DNA of 64,000 nt from Bacilli bacterium. Lineage in GTDB: Bacteria; Bacillota_I; Bacilli_A; RFN20; CAG-826. The stretch covers positions 27,796-91,795 of the forward strand of contig JAZLKX010000046.1 of NCBI GenBank assembly GCA_045597865.1, read 5' to 3'. This document shows positions 57,201-64,000 of the stretch, piece by piece; position 1 is the stretch's first letter; each line of letters begins with the position of its first letter. The notes beneath the pieces were generated by a model, which had not been told where the DNA came from, did no database searches, and was given only the letters and a program-made list of their open reading frames with translations. The translations under genes were made by a program, and so were the position numbers.

Positions 57201-60200
57201 GAGAAATCTACAATATTTCTATAATCTTTTAGATACTTAGGTTCTTTCTTTATAATATATTCTAATGCTTTTTTATAATTAATCTTACTATCTTCTTTTT
57301 TGTTATCAAATCTAGGTATTTTTACATTATTATCTGTAAACCATTTTTCGATAATTGCTCTATCTTCTGCTTTCTTAATATCTAGTTTAACTTTTTCATT
57401 AATAGAAAATCTATCAATATAAAGTTTATCTATATCGAAGTCAGAACCTGATATTACTACCCAGTCGTTAGGCATAACAATTTGAGAGCTAACTCCTTTT
57501 GGAGAAGCCTTCTTAATAATAAGGGGTATCATAGAACACTTACCTTCGGTAGGTACACGATAGCCAATCATCATACGTTCTTCTTTGGTAAGTTTACGCA
57601 TATCATAAGAAGTAACACCATCTTTAGTTGATTTTATTCTATCGTACATACTATCCATAGGAAGCATACTCATACATTCTCCGTATGCAATAGACAAAGA
57701 CTTTTGGTTCATATCGTGAGAATAATATGTAAAAGCATTGTCTTTACCATACTTTTCTTCGTATTCTGCTTTTATTTTTCTTAGTGCTTCTTCTTCCTCT
57801 TCTAGGTTACATTTGCTAGGGTCTTCCCATTCTGATTGAGAGTAAAGTAAATTTCCTTCTTTATCTTTGTAACGTAGGCAGTAATCATTACTACTACCAA
57901 TGTTAGCCGATTGAACTAGTTGACCGCCTGGCATTTCCCAACGTTGAATAGCTTTTGAAATTTTAGCTACAAGAGTAGAACCAAGTTTATCTGCAATAAA
58001 TGGATTCTTTAAATCAAATATTGGGTTACCATTTTCGTCAACACGGATAAAGTCCATAAAGTTTGCTCCTACACGATCGGGACTTTTGCTAGCTGTATCG
58101 TTTAGGATTTTGATAAGTTTTTTACCATCGTTATCAGATAAGTCTTTTACAAGTTTTTTAAACTGATGAAGGATAATTCTTATCTCGTTTTCTATGTATT
58201 CTTTTTCTATTTCTTTACCTGTTTTTTCTTTACCAAGATTATTAATCTTAGCTTCACGGTCCATATTACCAATGATTAGTTTACGAAGCTGTGTTCCTTG
58301 GTTACGTTCTTTGTCGGAGAAGTGTTCGTGAACAGCAGTTTGAATTGAATACTTGTCATATCCAAAGTCGTGAACATTTTTGGTATTTACTTTCAAACTA
58401 TTTTTTTGAGCCAATACATTTTTTCTATGCTCAGCTTTCTTTTCTTTTACTTTACTTTGTGCATCTTTAAATGCTTTTGTTAGTTGTGCTGCCTCTTCTG
58501 TGTCAGTTGTTTTAGATAAAGCACTTTGTATGTCTCTTTTTTCTTTTTCTAGGTTAGCCCAATCTTTGTTTTCAACATCGTAATAACCTTCGGGATTTCT
58601 AGAAATACCAAAACTTCCTGATTCAGTTAGATATTTACCATTTTCGTCTTTTACAAGAGCATGGTCTAGGACTCTTTTGATAATTTCGTTTCTATTAGTG
58701 ATAATAAAATTATCTACAATAGAATTGATAACTTCATCGGAGATATTATTCTCATATCCATTGATAATGTTATCAAAAGCCTCTCTACGCAACGATTCTG
58801 CTGTATGGTAAGTTACACCATCAATAACTCTTTTTTTGCCTTTCAGAGCGTAGATTTTGTATATTTTATCAACTAGTTTACCATCTTGTATTTCTTTCGC
58901 TTTGTGTTCTATATAGAATACTTCTTCGTTTTTGTTATTTTTATCTATTACAGATTTATGATTTTTAATCTCTTCTGCTGTATAGTAGTTGATATTAACA
59001 GGATTTTTGGTATATACTTTACTGCAAGAAGCATATTCAAATACATCTATACCTACAATCTCTGATGCTCTAATAAGTGCGTCTTGTTTATAGTTTTTTC
59101 TATCCCATAACAAACCTTCTTGGTTTTTGTATTGAATACCAACTTTTGTTTTTTGTCCTCCTCCTATATCTTGATATGTATTGTCGAATACGTATGGTTT
59201 CTTAGCGTTGATATAATATTCAAGTTCATCAATAGTTTTATTACCTGCTTTAATCTCTTCAACTATATCATTCCAACTATCGTCCCATTCTACCATAGCC
59301 CTTTGTAGTTTAACAAAACTATCTAATGTACGCCACGCCATACCATCGGTAGATTTATAATCCATATATGCTTCAAACATAGATTTAGCAGTAGATAAAG
59401 TAATTAATCCAGCATCTAATTGAGCTTTAATCATCTTACTATTAGAAACGATATTTGGAGAAGGTTGGTCTTCGTCAGCTAATACAATAGCACGACAATT
59501 ACCTAAACCTTCTAGGTCGGCAGGTCTATATCCTGGGGCAACTACTTCTTTGAATCGTTTTTGGAAATCTACCCAATCTTTATAATTAGAAGCATCTCCT
59601 GCTAGCATCTCTGCCATACTAATCATATTGATTTTGGTATTCCAAGTATAATCATAAAGTATCTTAGCAAATTTTTCTTTTTCTTTTACATTAACATCTA
59701 CTTCATAACCGCTTCTATCACTATTATTAGGAATAGCTTTTCTAAATGTTAGGTTTTTGTAATAAACTTCTCCATTGTCTCTTGTTTCAGTATCTAAGAA
59801 GCCCATATCTTCCCACATAAAACGTACATTGTCAGCATCGTACTTCATATTGTAGATACTTAGAGCATAAAGAAGTTTGTCGAAAGATACACTATCTACT
59901 TTTTGAACATCGTTAATATAGTTTAAAAGATCTATTATAGTTATAGGTTTTTTCTTTCCATCTTCTTCCCCTTCATTTAGTAGTTCAAAACAATCAATTA
60001 AATAATCCTTTTGCTTTTTAGATAAACTAACAAGATTTTTCATTTCTTGAAGAGAACTATCTTTTGTGTAAATGTTATCGTTTGTTTTTAGGTCGAAATC
60101 TTCAAACAAAGTAGCATCTATATCTCCTAATTGCTCGATAAACTCTTTGGTAATTTCTACGTTATTTAGATTATCAAATAACATAAATCTGCTACCATTT

Positions 60201-63200
60201 CTTTGAATACCTGTACCTCTTGCAGCATCAGGATTTTCAGAAAAGAATTTTATTCTATTATATTCTTTTTTGAGAAGATTGTGATATTGATATAATACTT
60301 TGTCGAACCCATAAGCATCACCTACTAATCCACCATCAGTATCACCATTTCTTGCGTTAAACCAATTTAATGCAGAAGGCATAGTTGTAAATATAGCTTG
60401 TTCTACCTCTGCGGTAATAGGTATAGCAGTTTTACGACCAACACAAGTTCTCTTATCTTCTTTAAAATGTTTTTGGAAATGGAATTGTAGTTGGCATTTT
60501 AGGTGGTCAACATCAGACCAGTTTTTGTATTCTACCTCTGTTTCTTCGTTACGAATAACCTTAACACCAAAGTATTCAAAGTTATTGAACAATACTTCAA
60601 ATGGGTTTTCACTTTGTCTAATTAGGTGTTTCTGTCTATTAGTATATTTGTTTATAACATCTTCTTTTGATAGTGTTGCTAAGTCGTTAAGTATATCCAA
60701 ATAGAAATGATGATATTTTGAAGTATTACCAACTTCTGTTGTTTTTTTAACACCTCTTTCAACAATAGTTTTTGATAGAATATCTAAACCCTTTTCGCCC
60801 ATTTGTTCATTATAGAAGAAAGTATCTTCTTGATATTCTTCCAAAATCTTTTTAAGTAATGGTTGATAATCACTTTCTTTTCCTGTACCAAGTAGAGCAA
60901 TGTTTTGAAGACGTTTAAAAAAATCTCCTACTCTATTAGGTAGAGTATCTGTATTAAGTTTAATATCAGATATTGTAGCAATACTTTGACGTTTTGTTAT
61001 ATTAGATATTTTAAGGTTTTTTGCTATATCTTGATAACATTCTCCCCAACGTACAATAGGATTACTTTCTTTGTAACCTGTAAAATAACTATCATCTCGA
61101 AGAGCACCTCTGTAAAACATCATAGTAAGAACATCACCTAGAATTTCTTTTAGATTTTCAGGATAAATTTCTACCATAGATTGTACTTGATATTTGGTAA
61201 TGTCTATACCAACATTGTTAAGTACATCTGCTATGTATTGATATATTTCTTTTTCTTTGTAATTAAAATCTCTTTCTAGTCCTTTTAGGAAATCATCAGT
61301 ATAATCAGTTTTGACAGTAGTTTCAAATATACCAAGATGCTGCAAATATGAATCTATATCATCAAAAACATAACTAGAATAACCTCTATCAAAAGCAAGA
61401 CCTCTAAAGAAATCACCACTAGAATTATCAAAATTATAGAATCTTTTTAAGCCTCCAACAGCATTATAGTATTCTTTTTTAGGAGCGAATATGTTTATAG
61501 TTTTATCTTCTTCCCCTTCTTTTTTTGGTTTAGATTGATTAATCTGATTTATTTTTAACAAAGCATAATTTAGTTTACCAACTAAATCACTATACATTTT
61601 TTTGTCTTTAGTAATATAATGTTTTACTTTAATTACTTGACCTGCTGGAATTACAACATCTTCTCTTATAATTTTTTTATTATTATCATTTTTTTGATAT
61701 AAAGCAAGAGTTATATCATTCCTTTTATCATCGTTCCAAAAATAATCTTCAACTTCAACAAACTCGAACCCTTGTTTATTTTTTTCGTCTTCTAATATAG
61801 ATTGATTTTGTTTGCCTGACAACATATTTTGGTCGAACTTATCTCTCCACATTGTCATAAAGTCGTCGGCATAATCACTACGGCTAATATTTACAAGTTC
61901 GGGTGTTTTGTTACCTTCTTTGTAATCAACCAAATAAAAGTCTCTACGGTCTTTGTTAAAGTTTTTATAGAAGGCATATTTAAGTCTGCGGTCTTTTTTT
62001 AGTTTGTCTATAATTACATTTATCTCAGGCATACACTTAGCTAACCCCTCTAGTTTTGTCATCATATCATCAGGGTTTTGCATCATAATAAGTACGTCTT
62101 TTATTTGACAATAATACTGCATAGGATTAACACTTCTTTGGAAACCAAAGAAATTTTTAAGTGATTTACCATAAGATTTGTTTCCTTCGCTAGCTTTACG
62201 GTTTACTTTTTCAATATTATCAGATATTCCTATTGGGTGCAAAGTAGCAAGCAAATGTTTGATTTCTTCGCCTAGTGAATCCCAAACATTTGATGCTGTA
62301 TCGTCCATTTGCCATTTCTCTCTTAGCGTTTCTCCGTCTGATATACTTTCGTAAACATCTTCGGTAACAGCCATGTCTTTGCTTTCTTCGTTCTCTTGCT
62401 CTTCTTGTTCTAGATCTGTCAAAGAAGTTTGAGTATCTACTTTTTTGGTTTTGTCTAAAACGGAATCAAGATTATTGACACAAGAAAGGAATGTTGACAT
62501 ATTAACTTTACCACCTTCGATAATACAAATATCATAGAAAGCACTCTTCATAAGTGTCTTGAAGTGCTTTCCTAATATATCTACTCTTTTTCTATTTATA
62601 CCAATACAACTTCCTTGTGCAATATCACTTGTTGCATATTCGTATAAAGCATCAATAAAGTTTTCTTTGGTGTAATTATCGGAATAACGAAGATCAATTA
62701 TATCATTCAATTTATCCTCAATTTCATTTGCATTATCTTCACTTTCATCGAATTTATCAAAACTAACACAAGTAGTATCTATTACACTTACATACTCATC
62801 TTCGTTTTCAGGTTTAGACATTATTCTTTTATAGTCATCACCCAATCGTTGTTTGATAAGATATTCTTTGGTGTAATTGCTATCACCTTGAAAAATATCT
62901 TGAACTCTTTTTAGAATTAGTGATAGTGTTTTTTTGTTTTTGCACAAAGTTTTTATGATAGTACTTCTTTGAGCTTCGTTTAGGAATTTGGTTTTATTAT
63001 CTAAATCCATTATAGTATCTCTAACTTTACCTAATTCGTTTTTAGTCTCTTTAAGTTGTTTATTTAATTCATTATAATCACTTTGTTCTGCTTTTGATAA
63101 ATTTGTGTTTTCTGATTTTTTCTTTAAAGCATCAAGCTTAGCATTTATTTCTTCTTTTTTATTTTTTAGTTCTATTTCTTTTAGCTCTAAACTATCTTTC

Positions 63201-64000
63201 TCTTGTTTTGCTTTTGCTTTTAGTTCGTCGATATAATCATCAATAACATTAGTAAAAGCCATAGCAAGAGTTTCGCAAGCTGGTTTAAATTGGTCTGCGC
63301 CTATATCTTCTCTAGCTAATGCTAATTCTTGCGCACTAGCAGTTTTGATATAGCTTACATCAAATGCTGAATCATCATCAATAGCTTGGTCTAAACCTGC
63401 TTGTTTTGCTGCTTCTTGTGTATTTTTAGTATTTTCTTTTCTTACTTCATTTTTGATTTTGCTACTTAGATAGTTTTGTATATTACCATTAATGCTAGTT
63501 AGTTCATTAAATAGCTCGGTAATGTAATCTTGTGGAAGTTCGTCTTTACCACGTAATAGTTTTGTTTTTTGTAAAGTATCAGCAAAATATTTATACTCTT
63601 TTGTAAAATATTCTTTCTTTTCTAATTCTTCTAGGTTATTAAATTCTCCAAGTTTTTTATTGATTTTTTTTAGTTCGTCATCGTTAATAGAAATACCCAA
63701 AGGAATACATTGAATATTACTATTGACCATTTCCTTTGTTTTAATAAGTATCATACCATTTTTAAGAGCAAATAATTCTTTCTCTTTGATACTATCAATA
63801 CTTGTTAGAATATTATCGATAGATAAGTTTTCGTTGCTACTATTGTCGGCAGGTATATCAGGTTCTATTTCACCAAGTAGTTCTTGAAGGTACTGCTTGA
63901 AGAATTTTTCATCTTGAATTTTTCTATTAAAATCATTGTCAGCTACTTTTTCACCCTTAGCATTGATACCGAAGAAATGACGGAGGTATAGGTCGTGAAG
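54263..64000 (-). CDS. virion-associated DNA-dependent RNA polymerase, 5' end outside window
   Basis: GYRVPTEGKCSM and GSDFDIDKL (DxDxD); frame stays open 82 codons upstream of 63754 to the window edge. Confidence 0.88.
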   Translation of the reverse strand, partial: LHDLYLRHFFGINAKGEKVADNDFNRKIQDEKFFKQYLQELLGEIEPDIPADNSSNENLSIDNILTSIDSIKEKELFALKNGMILIKTKEMVNSNIQCIPLGISINDDELKKINKKLGEFNNLEELEKKEYFTKEYKYFADTLQKTKLLRGKDELPQDYITELFNELTSINGNIQNYLSSKIKNEVRKENTKNTQEAAKQAGLDQAIDDDSAFDVSYIKTASAQELALAREDIGADQFKPACETLAMAFTNVIDDYIDELKAKAKQEKDSLELKEIELKNKKEEINAKLDALKKKSENTNLSKAEQSDYNELNKQLKETKNELGKVRDTIMDLDNKTKFLNEAQRSTIIKTLCKNKKTLSLILKRVQDIFQGDSNYTKEYLIKQRLGDDYKRIMSKPENEDEYVSVIDTTCVSFDKFDESEDNANEIEDKLNDIIDLRYSDNYTKENFIDALYEYATSDIAQGSCIGINRKRVDILGKHFKTLMKSAFYDICIIEGGKVNMSTFLSCVNNLDSVLDKTKKVDTQTSLTDLEQEEQENEESKDMAVTEDVYESISDGETLREKWQMDDTASNVWDSLGEEIKHLLATLHPIGISDNIEKVNRKASEGNKSYGKSLKNFFGFQRSVNPMQYYCQIKDVLIMMQNPDDMMTKLEGLAKCMPEINVIIDKLKKDRRLKYAFYKNFNKDRRDFYLVDYKEGNKTPELVNISRSDYADDFMTMWRDKFDQNMLSGKQNQSILEDEKNKQGFEFVEVEDYFWNDDKRNDITLALYQKNDNNKKIIREDVVIPAGQVIKVKHYITKDKKMYSDLVGKLNYALLKINQINQSKPKKEGEEDKTINIFAPKKEYYNAVGGLKRFYNFDNSSGDFFRGLAFDRGYSSYVFDDIDSYLQHLGIFETTVKTDYTDDFLKGLERDFNYKEKEIYQYIADVLNNVGIDITKYQVQSMVEIYPENLKEILGDVLTMMFYRGALRDDSYFTGYKESNPIVRWGECYQDIAKNLKISNITKRQSIATISDIKLNTDTLPNRVGDFFKRLQNIALLGTGKESDYQPLLKKILEEYQEDTFFYNEQMGEKGLDILSKTIVERGVKKTTEVGNTSKYHHFYLDILNDLATLSKEDVINKYTNRQKHLIRQSENPFEVLFNNFEYFGVKVIRNEETEVEYKNWSDVDHLKCQLQFHFQKHFKEDKRTCVGRKTAIPITAEVEQAIFTTMPSALNWFNARNGDTDGGLVGDAYGFDKVLYQYHNLLKKEYNRIKFFSENPDAARGTGIQRNGSRFMLFDNLNNVEITKEFIEQLGDIDATLFEDFDLKTNDNIYTKDSSLQEMKNLVSLSKKQKDYLIDCFELLNEGEEDGKKKPITIIDLLNYINDVQKVDSVSFDKLLYALSIYNMKYDADNVRFMWEDMGFLDTETRDNGEVYYKNLTFRKAIPNNSDRSGYEVDVNVKEKEKFAKILYDYTWNTKINMISMAEMLAGDASNYKDWVDFQKRFKEVVAPGYRPADLEGLGNCRAIVLADEDQPSPNIVSNSKMIKAQLDAGLITLSTAKSMFEAYMDYKSTDGMAWRTLDSFVKLQRAMVEWDDSWNDIVEEIKAGNKTIDELEYYINAKKPYVFDNTYQDIGGGQKTKVGIQYKNQEGLLWDRKNYKQDALIRASEIVGIDVFEYASCSKVYTKNPVNINYYTAEEIKNHKSVIDKNNKNEEVFYIEHKAKEIQDGKLVDKIYKIYALKGKKRVIDGVTYHTAESLRREAFDNIINGYENNISDEVINSIVDNFIITNRNEIIKRVLDHALVKDENGKYLTESGSFGISRNPEGYYDVENKDWANLEKEKRDIQSALSKTTDTEEAAQLTKAFKDAQSKVKEKKAEHRKNVLAQKNSLKVNTKNVHDFGYDKYSIQTAVHEHFSDKERNQGTQLRKLIIGNMDREAKINNLGKEKTGKEIEKEYIENEIRIILHQFKKLVKDLSDNDGKKLIKILNDTASKSPDRVGANFMDFIRVDENGNPIFDLKNPFIADKLGSTLVAKISKAIQRWEMPGGQLVQSANIGSSNDYCLRYKDKEGNLLYSQSEWEDPSKCNLEEEEEALRKIKAEYEEKYGKDNAFTYYSHDMNQKSLSIAYGECMSMLPMDSMYDRIKSTKDGVTSYDMRKLTKEERMMIGYRVPTEGKCSMIPLIIKKASPKGVSSQIVMPNDWVVISGSDFDIDKLYIDRFSINEKVKLDIKKAEDRAIIEKWFTDNNVKIPRFDNKKEDSKINYKKALEYIIKKEPKYLKDYRNIVDFSDKNAYSIHNKQVQIAWDILTNHEMSWQTLKPQGFDNVKRMNYTMQILKSGKTKQAFFYLKDKLGNILEGKTENDLNEILFAKDKDGQYIVPDDIVKKVAGAYARVVGIGGIFNPFFRTQNMAGLDMVGITANQQTNHAEYQHTDLFGVYNIETLPFEIDKNYFIDQSFADEDGYKKYIGRKVKGNIHHDKNKNIRNRMFKLGTLRGLVKDSEGNLTKGEYISFALSEFQGAAVDNVKLAVLANINLNTITSDGFFYMIRSGMPIDMATTFMNQPIIEQLCKFVKNNTPDGRLNKEVVEAYAEKLFSQDFNALSPEEIEDLAKLLDQDLTSNNKKDENKDEEDTKNYGTFKSENLIKNIGKSLKSNDSTFAKEQINILNSFLALSKNARKLQTAILSTKESTSKAALRDTPWAMMEKKDKGDKIKERELIHVKRGSTLVNPISTNLKNFDIEEAVKYYCQAGMPREFCYFNLLSEQAKKLVKDYSPIYSDDYQYAIKTCLQLTGANSSDLKNYSQMANELYFYKLFETIPEIIKKDFIDEDKNKGLSNQDIVKYYTSEFVYEFKTWLESIKDTATYQDNFFLKNLIVKGHAEASPTIEFRLKYKATEVDRQNCAYDWARLFSLTSNGKQIGRNMATKLFVYTMINSALKNTPTSLKYCINSEIVNEVRGDKFNDYCKGLDNIFDGDIDNVKMFIDNYVASSSAPTKISLNRLANTKDFSYNGKINSGRDKILNFPLTITMDSLLKEGGKGSLYSNTKNFKGFPPYITLVQNTVDIRYNGNKSEKKKQFMEDYKNQKGKIAPEILSVTYRLHMENGEVVYKPINHGYNFGRVVPHDMNDHYVESKEQENLISEYVKFDDGIIIKGMPEVKKETKPNKNFNPVNNSITSIYHTYANASDIPFMKNSKNQNPMYKIGVTNSEISLLFGVSEQEANDMAKQENDDEEVENQATENKGYIGEGSQYDKESEQIAEDENFCDAPF

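Noticed and set aside
50054-59308. Short plus-strand ORFs within the large minus-strand genes, and other antisense ORFs in the track
   Set aside because: Shadow frames of long genuine genes

Overview
This 64 kb AT-rich window is part of a crAss-like (Crassvirales) phage genome, read with the standard genetic code; Bacteroidota-type TAnnTTTG promoters suggest a Bacteroidota host. Left arm (minus strand): small early genes (three with inactivating lesions), DUF932-like, ERF, PIF1/RecD-like helicase and DnaC/IstB-like ATPase, preceded by a ~1.5 kb cluster of structured RNAs headed by a twister ribozyme. A non-coding divergence region at 9.7-10.8 kb contains degenerate repeats and a polypyrimidine tract. 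Plus strand: antirepressors, tRNAs and tRNA-like RNAs, a GroES-like gene, a Csx3/Crn3-like gene, fibre genes, the capsid/ring/muzzle/TerL/portal module, a Panacea island, cargo-like proteins, an Hc1-like gene and ssb. The right end (minus strand) holds a large virion protein and a virion RNA polymerase (GSDFDID) that runs off the window. Most notable: a phage-encoded Csx3-like ring nuclease candidate, hairpin cassettes at the variable segment of every antirepressor gene, and several aberrant tRNA mimics. All family calls are by-eye motif recognition, not database searches.
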